Assembly (NCBI GenBank): GCA_963675785.1
Contig: OY776562.1
Span: 2,272,001-2,336,000 of the forward strand
Source of the DNA: Anaerolineae bacterium
Lineage (GTDB): Bacteria > Chloroflexota > Anaerolineae > UBA1429
Length of the DNA: 64,000 nt
Direction of reading: 5' to 3'
Below are positions 1 through 9,755 of this stretch, piece after piece. A program made the translations under genes and the position numbers. Position 1 is the stretch's first letter; each line of letters opens with the position of its first letter. The notes beneath the pieces were generated by a model. It was not told the DNA's origin. It worked only from the letters and a program-made list of their open reading frames with translations, and ran no database searches.

Positions 1-595
1 CAGGATGGATGCGCCCTCCCGGCATCACACGAGCAACGCAGCTCGCGAGTTCGGCCGTAGTGCGAAACGGGCGACTCTTGACGATAGCACTGGCAATCCG
101 GCGCGATCGGCGCTCTTCGCCATACTCATAGATGACGCGAGCGATCTCATCCTCAGGCCAGGTATTCACAATATCGGCAGCACTATAGTCACAATCAGGT
201 CCCATACGCATATCCAAAGGACCTTCGCTCTGAAAAGAAAAGCCGCGCTCTGCCGAATCAAGTTGCATTGAAGAAACGCCCAGATCAAGCAAAATGCCGT
301 CTACCTGATCAAATCCACTTTGCACCGCCACTTTTGCCATATCACAAAACGGCGTTTGTGCAAAGGTAATACGTCCGCCAAAGACGGCCAAGTTTTGTCT
401 GGCGATGGCAATCGCCGCCGGGTCTCGATCCAGACAAAGGAGGCGACCATCAGGAGCCGAACGCTCGGCAATACCTCGAGAATGCCCTCCCAGTCCTACC
501 GTCCCATCGATATAAAGCCCGCCAGGATGTACTGCCAGGCCATCAAGCACTGGTTTATATAGAACGGGAATATGCCCTGGCTCTGTGGCTGTCAT
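1..595 (-). CDS. rsmH: 16S rRNA m4C1402 methyltransferase RsmH (MraW), partial; runs off the left edge
   Basis: Manual translation of the minus strand from ATG at 595 gives MTATEPGHIPVLYKPVLDGLAVHPGGLYIDGTVGLGGHS...QLDSAERGFSFQSEGPLDMRM. ATGA overlap with the mraZ stop; canonical mraZ-rsmH order. Not in the ORF track. Confidence 0.95.
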   Translation of the reverse strand, partial: MTATEPGHIPVLYKPVLDGLAVHPGGLYIDGTVGLGGHSRGIAERSAPDGRLLCLDRDPAAIAIARQNLAVFGGRITFAQTPFCDMAKVAVQSGFDQVDGILLDLGVSSMQLDSAERGFSFQSEGPLDMRMGPDCDYSAADIVNTWPEDEIARVIYEYGEERRSRRIASAIVKSRPFRTTAELASCVARVMPGGRIHP

Positions 596-1026
596 TTTTT
601 CTCTTTATCGCCCATCTGTCTAAAGATATCGGGAATCGCGAGCTCTTCTGCTTCGTTCATCTCGCGCCAGTATGCCAGTTCCCATATCTCAAAATAGGTA
701 TTGGCACCAATGATCATGGTTTCGCGTTCAATATGGGCATAATCACGCATAAAAGCCGGCAGGAGAATTCGGCCCATCTTATCAAGTGCAGTCTCATAGG
801 CACTGCTATAGACAACGCGTGTATAGCGCATAACGGTTTCGTCATTTTGGGGCATCCTGGCGAGGTTGGCAGATAATTCATCCCAGAGAGGGCGAGGATA
901 GGCGCGAATCACCGAGCTGGGGGCGAAGCACATGACAAGGCCGCCTTCGAGTTCGTCGCGAAAACGCGCCGGAACTGTCAGACGTCCCTTCGAATCCATG
1001 TTGTGTTCAAAGCGACCCGCGAACAC
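592..1026 (-). CDS. mraZ: Division/cell wall cluster transcriptional repressor MraZ
   Basis: Two SpoVT/AbrB-like repeats (DSKGRLTVPARFR, DKMGRILLPAFMR), C-terminal FEIW; upstream of rsmH. Confidence 0.96.
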   Translation of the reverse strand: MFAGRFEHNMDSKGRLTVPARFRDELEGGLVMCFAPSSVIRAYPRPLWDELSANLARMPQNDETVMRYTRVVYSSAYETALDKMGRILLPAFMRDYAHIERETMIIGANTYFEIWELAYWREMNEAEELAIPDIFRQMGDKEKK

Positions 1027-1098
1027 GAAAGATCCTTCCCTGGCCTGCCCTTTTTATGCCACTTTGGGGAAACACACTCCCCTACATGGGATAACAAG

Positions 1099-1166
1099 CC
1101 ACAATATGGTTTGTATATTCCACATCGTACCATTTATCCCCACAACTTACCACAAGTATATTCCAC
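1099..1166 (-). promoter_or_regulatory. MraZ operator: GTGG direct repeats with 10-bp period
   Basis: CCAC (GTGG on the minus strand) at 1120, 1140 and 1150, CCAT at 1130, extra copies at 1099 and 1163, upstream of mraZ. Confidence 0.75.
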
Positions 1167-1279
1167 AAAACCCGGTTTGCCAATAGTTTTGAGAACTAAA
1201 AACGCACTTGGGGGAAGGAAAAACGCCTTTTTGTACAGATTGGAGAGACTATGTACGCGAGTTTTACGCGGGGTTGTGC

Positions 1280-1927
1280 TTAGAGATAGAGGCGATGATC
1301 GCGGATATATTCTTCAACGTCGGCAGGCACTTGATAGCAGATAGGTCGCCCTACATGCAGACGTTCCCGAATGTCTGTTGAGGAAATGCCAATTTGTAGC
1401 GTATCGATAAAAATACAGCGCTCTTGTAGCGGAGGCAATACCTGATATGCCTCCTGGATCTGTATCTCACAGCCTGGTCGGGTGACCACAGCAATCTTGG
1501 CCATATCCAGAATGCCTTGAGGATTCCGCCAGTGGTGAAACGTCATCAACGAGTCCATGCCCATGATAAAAAACAACTCTGTCCCCGGCAGCGCCTCTGT
1601 GAGCATCCCGAGTGTTTCGACGGTGAAAGAAGGCCCCCTTCGGGAAACGTCAATATGCGAAAGCACAAAATGTGGGTTACCCGCTATAGCGAGACGCACC
1701 ATCTCCAAACGATGATCAATCGCCCCCGCCTGCAACCCCTGCTTTAGTGGCGATATGCGCGCCGGTACAAAGAGCACCTTGTCTAGCATCAGAACATGCC
1801 GGGCCTCTTCGGCCACAATGAGATGCCCGGTGTGAATGGGGTCAAACGTCCCTCCGTAAACGCCGAGACGTTCGACCCCTCGCAGGTCAGCCAGCTCTTG
1901 CTGCCATACGCTATCCTCTAGTCCCAT
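1280..1927 (-). CDS. nadD: Nicotinate-nucleotide adenylyltransferase
   Basis: GGTFDPIHTGH, FIMGMDS and ISSTDIRER motifs. Confidence 0.95.
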   Translation of the reverse strand: MGLEDSVWQQELADLRGVERLGVYGGTFDPIHTGHLIVAEEARHVLMLDKVLFVPARISPLKQGLQAGAIDHRLEMVRLAIAGNPHFVLSHIDVSRRGPSFTVETLGMLTEALPGTELFFIMGMDSLMTFHHWRNPQGILDMAKIAVVTRPGCEIQIQEAYQVLPPLQERCIFIDTLQIGISSTDIRERLHVGRPICYQVPADVEEYIRDHRLYL

Positions 1928-3177
1928 TGCAGCTCCAGATCACCAATGAACACCGTATCGCCAAAGGCCACACCCGCTTCCTCGGCTTGCGCCGAGACGC
2001 CTCGCGACACGAGAATGCGTTCAAAACGTTCGGCACCTTCATCATTGAACCAGTCGGTCATAGCCGCCAGACGTTCGATCTCAACGCCGCTAAAGCGCCA
2101 TACTCCTGGCTCCAGCTCTTCGATGGTAACCAGGTGGGGATTGATCTCTGCCGGTTTAAAGACAAACATCTCGTCGGGCTCTTGTTCTTCGGGCAGTGCC
2201 TGCAAGGTATCGGCAATAGCGCGAAGCACTTCTTGCAGTCCTTCGCCACTTACGCCCGACATAGCATAAACATGATCCACCTTGCCAGCCAAAGCCTCGC
2301 GAACAAGTTGCAGAATCTCTCGCGCCTCGGTCACGTCAATCTTGTTCAACACCACAATCTGCGGCTTGGCCGCCAGACGCTCACTATAGAGAGCCAGCTC
2401 TTTGTTGATGGCTTCATAGTCGGCCAAAGGGTCTTCGGCAGTACCATCCAACAAATGAACCAGCAAGCGGGTTCGTTCCACATGCCGTAAAAAATCGAGC
2501 CCCAGACCCACGCCCTGATGAGCCCCTTCGATAAGTCCGGGAATATCCGCCACCACAAAAGACCGTTGATCTACTTCAGCTACGCCAAGGTTCGGGCTCA
2601 ACGTTGTAAAGGGATAGTCGGCAATTTTGGGGTGGGCCTTGCTGATGCGCGACAAAAAGGTTGACTTGCCCGCATTGGGTTTTCCCAACAGGCCAACGTC
2701 GGCGATGAGTTTGAGCTCGAGCCGAAGCTCGCGCCGTTGCCCAGGGCCGCCCTTCTCGGCAAAGTGAGGGGCCTGACGTGTCGAGGATTTGAAAACTGTG
2801 TTTCCCCGTCCGCCACGGCCGCCAGCAGCAACGAGACAGGTCTCACCATCCTTGGTTAAATCACCCAGCAACTCGCCGGTTCGGGCGTCATACGCGACCG
2901 TACCCTCAGGCACATCAATATAGAGATCTTTGCCTGAAACACCCTGTTTAAGCGAGCCCTGGCCCGCCTCGCCATGATCGGCGCTGTATTCCTGCCGGTG
3001 CGCAAAAGACATGAGCGTATTCTGGTGCACCGTGGCACGCAGATAAATAGAGCCTCCGCGGCCACCATTGCCACCATCAGGGCCTCCCAACGCCACATAC
3101 TTTTCGCGGCGAAAATGCGCTGCCCCAGCACCCCCGTCACCGGCTTTAACGGTTATTCGGGCTTGATCAATAAACAC
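1918..3177 (-). CDS. obgE: GTPase ObgE/CgtA
   Basis: Gly-rich Obg domain, GKPNAGKST, YPFTT, DIPG, NKID, C-terminal OCT domain. Confidence 0.97.
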   Translation of the reverse strand: MFIDQARITVKAGDGGAGAAHFRREKYVALGGPDGGNGGRGGSIYLRATVHQNTLMSFAHRQEYSADHGEAGQGSLKQGVSGKDLYIDVPEGTVAYDARTGELLGDLTKDGETCLVAAGGRGGRGNTVFKSSTRQAPHFAEKGGPGQRRELRLELKLIADVGLLGKPNAGKSTFLSRISKAHPKIADYPFTTLSPNLGVAEVDQRSFVVADIPGLIEGAHQGVGLGLDFLRHVERTRLLVHLLDGTAEDPLADYEAINKELALYSERLAAKPQIVVLNKIDVTEAREILQLVREALAGKVDHVYAMSGVSGEGLQEVLRAIADTLQALPEEQEPDEMFVFKPAEINPHLVTIEELEPGVWRFSGVEIERLAAMTDWFNDEGAERFERILVSRGVSAQAEEAGVAFGDTVFIGDLELQWD

Positions 3178-3218
3178 GCCATATCCTCCCGCACTCTAGC
3201 AGAGCCAGAGCGCTCTTT

Positions 3219-5165
3219 TCATCGCTTGCTGCGATGTAGTTTTTCCAAATGAATCAACAATACGGATACATCCGCCGGGTTTACGCCCGAGATGCGTGAT
3301 GCCTGCCCCAAAGTCAGCGGACGATGATGGATTAACCTCTCTCGCGCCTCGGTTCGTAACCCTTGCATTGCCGCATAATCCACATCCTCTGGGATGTGCA
3401 TCGTTTCCAGGCGCTTGGTGCGTTCAACCTGACGCTGCTGCTTGGCAACATAACCAGCATAAAGAATGTCTGTGCAAACCTGTTCGGCCAAATCATCAGA
3501 CATAGGCTGTTCAGGCGGGCAAAGCGCTTCTATTACATCATAGGTCATTCCGGGTCGGCTGAGAAGTTGTCGGGCGGAAACACCATCATGAAGCTCGTCC
3601 AAACCAAAATGCTCCAGCACACCCATTGCATCCCGCGGAGAAATTCTGATTCCTTCCAGGCGAGTTATTTCGTTTTCAACAGCTTGCTGGCGCCCAACAG
3701 CACGGGCGTACTGGGCCTCACTGATAAGGCCGGTACGTTTGCCCTCCTCTTTAAGGCGCACGTCGGCGTTATCCTGACGCAATAGCAGGCGATATTCAGC
3801 TCGTGACGTGAGCATCCGGTAGGGCTCGTGATGCTCTTTGGTGATGAGGTCGTCCACCAATACACCCAAATAAGCCTCTTCACGCCCCAACACTAGGGGT
3901 TCTTCCTCTCGGCAATAGAGCGCTGCATTGGCACCCGCCAATAACCCCTGCGAAGCAGCCTCTTCATACCCCGAAGTGCCGTTGATCTGGCCTGCCAAAA
4001 AGAGCCCCGCACAACGCCTCGTCTCTAACGAAGGTTTGATCTGATGCGGTGGAACAAAGTCATAATCAATGGCATAGCCGGGGCGCATGATGCGCGCGTC
4101 TTCCAACCCGGGCACACTATGCAGCATCTCACGCTGCACGTCGGCTGGCATACCTGTAAAACAACCCTGCACGTAAATCTCTCCCGTAGCAAAGCCCTCT
4201 GGCTCTAGAAACAGGTGGTGACTGAGCTTTTCGGGAAAGCGCATGATCTTTTCTTCGATGGAAGGGCAATAGCGCGGACCTTCGCCCTCTGTAACACCTG
4301 AGCCAATTGGCGAGCGGTGCATATTGTCTCGAATAATCTTGTGCGTACGCTCGTTAGTAGCAGTGAGATAACAGGGAACCTGTTGTCGCCAGATGGTCTG
4401 ATGGTCAATGGGCAAAACAGGATTGATGGGCAGTGTATAAGCGCCCTCGGTGGTGCGATCGAACGAAAAATAGAGAGGGACATCGCTACCGTATTGCTGC
4501 CTAGTTCTCTCAAAGTGCACTGTGCGCGCATCCACCCGGGGCGGCGTATTGGTTTGCAGGCGCCCCACCTCAAATCCCAGCTCACGTAGTGAGGCAGTTA
4601 GTCCGTGCGCCGGAAACTCGCCTGCACGACCGGCCTCTTTGCGAAATTCACCTTCGAGGATGCGGCCATTGAGAAACGTTCCCGAAGCCAGTACCACGGC
4701 ACGACAATCAACCTGCTCACCGCGTTCCAAAACCACGCCGCGGATACGTCCGTCTTTGGCGAGTAACCCAATAATCTGGCCTTGTTCCAAATCCAAATTG
4801 GGCGCTGATTCAATAACGTGCTTCATGCGCAAGGAATAAAGGCGCTTATCTGCTTGGGCGCGCAATGCCTGCACCGCAGGTCCGCGAGATTCGTTCAACA
4901 TACGAATCTGTATCAAAGTCATATCCGTATTGCGTGCCATGGCGCCGCCCAGTGCATCTATCTCTCGCACCAGATGTGCTTTGCCAGGACCGCCAATACT
5001 GGGATTGCAGGGCATATGCCCTATAAGATCCATATTCATGGTAACAAGAAGAGTGCGGCAACCAATACGGGCCGCCGCCAGAGCTGCCTCACAGCCAGCA
5101 TGGCCAGCACCTGCTACAACAACATCATACGCGTACGCGCTAGTTCCTGTTTGCTGCTTAGCCAT
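3219..5165 (-). CDS. mnmG: tRNA uridine-5-carboxymethylaminomethyl(34) synthesis enzyme MnmG (GidA)
   Basis: GAGHAGCEAA, MPCNPSIGG, GPRYCPSIE, AGQINGTSGYEEAA, EPYRMLTSRAEYRL. Confidence 0.96.
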   Translation of the reverse strand: MAKQQTGTSAYAYDVVVAGAGHAGCEAALAAARIGCRTLLVTMNMDLIGHMPCNPSIGGPGKAHLVREIDALGGAMARNTDMTLIQIRMLNESRGPAVQALRAQADKRLYSLRMKHVIESAPNLDLEQGQIIGLLAKDGRIRGVVLERGEQVDCRAVVLASGTFLNGRILEGEFRKEAGRAGEFPAHGLTASLRELGFEVGRLQTNTPPRVDARTVHFERTRQQYGSDVPLYFSFDRTTEGAYTLPINPVLPIDHQTIWRQQVPCYLTATNERTHKIIRDNMHRSPIGSGVTEGEGPRYCPSIEEKIMRFPEKLSHHLFLEPEGFATGEIYVQGCFTGMPADVQREMLHSVPGLEDARIMRPGYAIDYDFVPPHQIKPSLETRRCAGLFLAGQINGTSGYEEAASQGLLAGANAALYCREEEPLVLGREEAYLGVLVDDLITKEHHEPYRMLTSRAEYRLLLRQDNADVRLKEEGKRTGLISEAQYARAVGRQQAVENEITRLEGIRISPRDAMGVLEHFGLDELHDGVSARQLLSRPGMTYDVIEALCPPEQPMSDDLAEQVCTDILYAGYVAKQQRQVERTKRLETMHIPEDVDYAAMQGLRTEARERLIHHRPLTLGQASRISGVNPADVSVLLIHLEKLHRSKR

Positions 5166-5778
5166 TCTGGTGATCCAACTCTTCCCAAACGAGGCGGTGC
5201 ACCGTAGCCCGGAATCGACCCCAATCGGCCCACTGCCCGGTGAGTGCCTCCATTTGGCTGGCTTCTGTTAATAGTTCGTTAGCCACAACTTCTCGAAACT
5301 CGCAGATGCCCTCATCTTCGTCCTCAGGTACAAGCTGTCCCTCGTTCTGTGAGACCAAAAAGACAAAGGAGACAAAGTCCAACTGATCCTCATCGCGCCG
5401 AAAATGATGGTGGACGATGCCCATAAAACGCTCAATATCGACATCAAGCCCGGTTTCTTCGCGCGTCTCTCTGCAAAGAGCATGAATGAGATCTTCACCC
5501 GGTTCGACCCCACCTGTTAACAGACGAAAAGTCCCCACAGGATAGTGCGCCTTGGTATGAACAACATAGTGGTGATCCGAACGTTCAAGCACGGGCACCA
5601 CTTCGCTTAATCGTCCGGAAGTTACATCCTGCCAATAAGCGAACGTATCGTCTCCTACAAGATAGGTCACATGGACTTCTCTGGGCTGGCCGTACCGTTC
5701 GATGGCCTGACTCACACCAGAAGCTCCCCCGAGCTCAATCTGCATCACCAACGCCTCCGCGGCTTGATTATTCAACAT
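5158..5778 (-). CDS. NUDIX hydrolase
   Basis: Nudix box GGVEPGEDLIHALCRETREETG. Confidence 0.85.
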   Translation of the reverse strand: MLNNQAAEALVMQIELGGASGVSQAIERYGQPREVHVTYLVGDDTFAYWQDVTSGRLSEVVPVLERSDHHYVVHTKAHYPVGTFRLLTGGVEPGEDLIHALCRETREETGLDVDIERFMGIVHHHFRRDEDQLDFVSFVFLVSQNEGQLVPEDEDEGICEFREVVANELLTEASQMEALTGQWADWGRFRATVHRLVWEELDHQNG

Positions 5779-5870
5779 TTGATTATAGCATAGAGAGCAG
5801 CGCTGGTTAAAACCCTATATCTAGCTTTTGCGTATATAATATGCATATATACGAATGGAGGCCAAGAAAC

Positions 5871-6872
5871 ATGAAGTACGGAGAAACTCTGAACAAAGCT
5901 CTGGCCATAACCTGGAAATACAAAATTCTTTGGCTAGTTGGTATCCTTATCGTCCTGTTTAGCGCTGGTTCTACAGGGCCCTCATCCATGCCCCAATGGA
6001 CATCGTCCATGGATGAGATGCCCTCTTTTATCACCACCCATGGGGCCCAAATTGTGAGTCAACTACAAGCCGTGCTCATCCCACTAATAACTGTGAGCAT
6101 CATCGTTGGCTTGATCATGACCCTGGTATCTATCGTCGTAAATTGCACCGGACAGGGGATACTCATCGACATGGTTGACGGGATCAACCATGAGCAAGAA
6201 CCTGTATTCAAAGATTCCCTCAACAAGGGCTGGAAGAACTTTTGGAAGCTGTTCCTGATTCAAGTTCTCGTCAATATCGCTGTATTCGTAGCGGTCATAA
6301 TCGAGCTCATTGTTTTGGGTATTCTGGCGGCTATCATCGTTGGCATCTTTTTCCTGCTGAGAAATATCGCCAACGCACTGGGGCTAATCTGGATCATCCC
6401 TATCGGCATTGTTTGGGGCATTATCACCCTGGCCGTGTTCATCGTCACAGCGGGTATAGCGCAGATCATTGCGCAGCTTGCCTACCGCGAGACGATCCTG
6501 AACGATCTAGGTATTCAGCAAGCCTTGGGTGCAGCCCTGAAAACCTTCCGCAGCAAGACCGGACCTGCTGCCGGATCCTGGGGTATGCAAATCGTCCTCG
6601 GCGTGATCTTTGGTGTCGTCGAAGGCATTATCACCATGATCATTCTCGTCGTCCTGGGAACCCTGTTGTGGATATCCATGGGCCTGGCAGAATCGCTAGG
6701 ATTGTCGGTGATTGTAGCACTCCCGCTTATCCTGCTACTGGGCTTGTTCAGTCTGTTTATTGGCGCCTTGTATCAAGTAGCCAAGAGCGCCATGTGGACA
6801 TTGTTCTTCAGACAGCTAGAAGAACTATCCGTAGAACTGCCCCAAGACCATCCGGAAGCCTTGCCCGCATAA
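5871..6872 (+). CDS. Multi-pass membrane protein of unknown function
   Basis: About 7 hydrophobic segments; GGAGG RBS before ATG 5871; terminator after the stop. Confidence 0.75.
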   Translation: MKYGETLNKALAITWKYKILWLVGILIVLFSAGSTGPSSMPQWTSSMDEMPSFITTHGAQIVSQLQAVLIPLITVSIIVGLIMTLVSIVVNCTGQGILIDMVDGINHEQEPVFKDSLNKGWKNFWKLFLIQVLVNIAVFVAVIIELIVLGILAAIIVGIFFLLRNIANALGLIWIIPIGIVWGIITLAVFIVTAGIAQIIAQLAYRETILNDLGIQQALGAALKTFRSKTGPAAGSWGMQIVLGVIFGVVEGIITMIILVVLGTLLWISMGLAESLGLSVIVALPLILLLGLFSLFIGALYQVAKSAMWTLFFRQLEELSVELPQDHPEALPA

Positions 6873-6876
6873 ATAC

Positions 6877-6915
6877 AAGCCCCTTGTCCTGCTACTCGGG
6901 ACAAGGGGCTTTTTA
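6877..6915 (+). terminator. Rho-independent terminator between convergent genes
   Basis: AAGCCCCTTGTCC / GGACAAGGGGCTT stem followed by a T-run. Confidence 0.85.
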
Positions 6916-6924
6916 TTCTAGTTG

Positions 6925-8004
6925 CTAGTCCGCTACCAAACTCTGAGCCACAATCCGAGCAGATTGAACCATGTCCTCGATGCGAATGTATTCCTCGCAG
7001 GTGTGGAATCCGGCCATCCCTGTGCTGAGTTGAATCGTTTCGATGCCAGCGGCACAAAAGATATTGGCATCTGAACCACCACCACCCGCCGTCAGTTGCG
7101 GCTCGATGCCGACACCACGCGCACCTGCACAAACAAACTGAACTGCTGCCGAGTCCTCAGCAAGCACATAGGCGGCATAAGCCGGCTTGACCTCGACATC
7201 GACTGTCGCCCCGGCATCAGCAGCTGCCTTTTTCAGCGCGTCAACCATCGTCTCCGTCTGCGCCTGGAGTTTATCTGCATTGCGGCTGCGCGCTTCCCCT
7301 TGAAGAATCACCGTATCGGGCACAATATTAGTCGCCTTGCCGCCCTCAATGACGCCAATATTGGATGTGGTTTCGGAATCAATACGACCCAGGGGCATGG
7401 CAACGATGGCCTCAGCAGCCACGCGAATGGCATTGATGCCTGCCTCAGGCGCCACGCCAGCATGGGAGGCTTTGCCGTGCATCACCGCCCGCAACGAATT
7501 CTGCCCCGGCGCGCTGACAATAACATTGCCCCAAGGTCCGTTCGCATCCAAGCCAATACCAATACGGGAAGAAAGACGAGAGACATCAAATGCCCCGGCA
7601 CCCAGCAGGCCGATCTCTTCCTGGACGGTGAACAACACTTCTAGCGGCCTGTGCTGTAGACCGCGTAGTGCATCCAACACTTCGATGATGATGGCCACGC
7701 CCGACTTGTCGTCGGCACCCAACACCGAGGTGCCGTCACTGTAAACCACGCCATCACGAATAACGGCCACCACATGATCAGCGGGAGTTACAGTGTCCAG
7801 ATGAGCCGTCAGCAGCACGGGCTCCCCCACGCCTTCAACACGGGCGAACACATTGCCCGCCTCATCTCGTTCTGATGTAACGCCCAGCCCTCTGAGCATG
7901 TCCATGGCCTCACGAGCTACCGCATCTTCGTGCCCCGAAGGACTCGGTATTTCGGCTAGCCGCACAAAGCGCTCCAACAGAGATTCAGCGTTAATCACAA
8001 TCAT
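6925..8004 (-). CDS. M20 family metallopeptidase (peptidase T-like)
   Basis: AHLDTV, LGADDKSG, QEEIGL, GGGSDAN, C-terminal HT; alternative start at 8019. Confidence 0.88.
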   Translation of the reverse strand: MIVINAESLLERFVRLAEIPSPSGHEDAVAREAMDMLRGLGVTSERDEAGNVFARVEGVGEPVLLTAHLDTVTPADHVVAVIRDGVVYSDGTSVLGADDKSGVAIIIEVLDALRGLQHRPLEVLFTVQEEIGLLGAGAFDVSRLSSRIGIGLDANGPWGNVIVSAPGQNSLRAVMHGKASHAGVAPEAGINAIRVAAEAIVAMPLGRIDSETTSNIGVIEGGKATNIVPDTVILQGEARSRNADKLQAQTETMVDALKKAAADAGATVDVEVKPAYAAYVLAEDSAAVQFVCAGARGVGIEPQLTAGGGGSDANIFCAAGIETIQLSTGMAGFHTCEEYIRIEDMVQSARIVAQSLVAD

Positions 8005-8015
8005 CCACCCTTCTA

Positions 8016-9719
8016 TCACAAAGCAAGCATTTCAGAGGCGCTTTGACGCGCCGCTTCTGTAACCTGACCGCGTATCATCAGTGCTAATTCATCGACGCGC
8101 TGTTCCTCACCAAGCCGGATGACCTGAGAAACGGTGCGTTCTTCCACAACATGCTTTTCCACACGATAATGGGCGGAGCCCCGTGCAGCAATCTGCGGCA
8201 AATGTGTAATGCAAAACACCTGGTGAGCATCCGCCAGCCTGGCCAGTTTTTGACCGACAACCTGGCCGGCTCGACCACTGATACCAGCATCGATCTCGTC
8301 AAAGATCAGCGTGGGTACAGGGTCAACCTCGCATAGGGCCACTTTGAGGGCCAGCATGATGCGTGAAGCCTCACCGCCCGAAGCCGTCCTGGCTAGTGAA
8401 CCAGGTGCCTCACCGGGATTAGGGGCAATCATGAACTCGATTTGGTCTGCCCCGGTGCGATCAAAGGCCAGCCTCCTCCCCTCGACGGGGATACCGTTCT
8501 CGGTCTCTCGCACTGCAAAATGCACGCTAAATCTGGCATCGGGCATATTCAGTTCGTTCAGCTCGCGCTCAATGGCTTGCGCAAGTCGTGCGGCGGCAGC
8601 CTTGCGAGCATCAGAGAGTATATGCGCCAGCTCGCCCAAGTCATTCAGCAAGGCGCTCTCCTGAGCAATAAGTTGCTCGGAACGCTCTTCGCTGTGGGTA
8701 ATGCCCTCAAGTTCGCTCTCAGCGCGCTGACAATAAGCGAGAATCTGCCTAATATCATCGCCGTATTTGCGCTCAAGATTCGAGATCAGCGCAAGGCGCT
8801 CTTCAACCTCTTCGAGGGATTGTGGATCATATTCGACCTCATCACGGTACTGGCGCAAACTGCGGGCTAATTCCTCGATCTGTTCGAGCATCGCTTCGCT
8901 ATCAGCAGCAGACTGCTCCATGACGGTATCCAGCCGGGCTAGATCGGCCATATGCGTGGATACAAGGCCCAACAGGTCAGAAGCGGATTGCTCGCCCTCT
9001 GCCCCCATAAGCGCTTCATAAGCCTGATTAGCCAGATCAGCACGCTGTTCAGCATTAGCCAACAGCGTACGCTGCTGTACCAATTCTTGTTCTTCATCCA
9101 CCGTCAGTCGGGCTGCATGAATCTCGCGAATCTGGAACTCGAGGAGATCCATACGCCGGGCTTTTTCGCGAGATGAAGCGCGTAACGTGGCAAGCTCATT
9201 GCGGACTTGGGCGAGGTGACTGGCCATACTGGCAAAACTCTCGCGCTGCGCAAACAGATCAGCGTATTGATCGAGAAAAACGAGCTGTTGGCGTGTCTGT
9301 AAGAGAGAGAGGTGATCGCCCTGACCGTGGATATCGACGAGGTGGCGGCCGATTTCATTGAGGACATTCAAGGTAACCGGATGACCGTTTACCCTGCTGA
9401 CACTGCGTCCGCTTGAGCTGAGCTGGCGCTGAAGGACGAGTTGAGTGGAGTCATCGCATAGGCCCTGCTCTTCCAAAAGCAGAAGAAGAGTTTCCTGCGT
9501 CTGCTCAGAGAGCAAGAACAAACCCTCTACTGTGGCTTGATCACAGCCAGTACGCACCATATCGGATGAGGCCCGTGCGCCCAGCATCAGCCCCACTGCG
9601 TCAATGATGATAGACTTGCCAGCGCCCGTCTCACCGGTCATCACATTGAATCCGTCGCTAAAAGCAATATCCAGCGACTCTATGATGGCCAGATTACGGA
9701 TGTGGAGCTCTATCAGCAT
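8016..9719 (-). CDS. recN: DNA repair protein RecN
   Basis: TGETGAGKS Walker A, DIHGQ, coiled coil, ASGGE signature, FDEIDAG, ITHLPQIA. Confidence 0.96.
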   Translation of the reverse strand: MLIELHIRNLAIIESLDIAFSDGFNVMTGETGAGKSIIIDAVGLMLGARASSDMVRTGCDQATVEGLFLLSEQTQETLLLLLEEQGLCDDSTQLVLQRQLSSSGRSVSRVNGHPVTLNVLNEIGRHLVDIHGQGDHLSLLQTRQQLVFLDQYADLFAQRESFASMASHLAQVRNELATLRASSREKARRMDLLEFQIREIHAARLTVDEEQELVQQRTLLANAEQRADLANQAYEALMGAEGEQSASDLLGLVSTHMADLARLDTVMEQSAADSEAMLEQIEELARSLRQYRDEVEYDPQSLEEVEERLALISNLERKYGDDIRQILAYCQRAESELEGITHSEERSEQLIAQESALLNDLGELAHILSDARKAAAARLAQAIERELNELNMPDARFSVHFAVRETENGIPVEGRRLAFDRTGADQIEFMIAPNPGEAPGSLARTASGGEASRIMLALKVALCEVDPVPTLIFDEIDAGISGRAGQVVGQKLARLADAHQVFCITHLPQIAARGSAHYRVEKHVVEERTVSQVIRLGEEQRVDELALMIRGQVTEAARQSASEMLAL

Positions 9720-9755
9720 GGATGACCTCCGCTCCAGACAAATACGTCTATCGTG

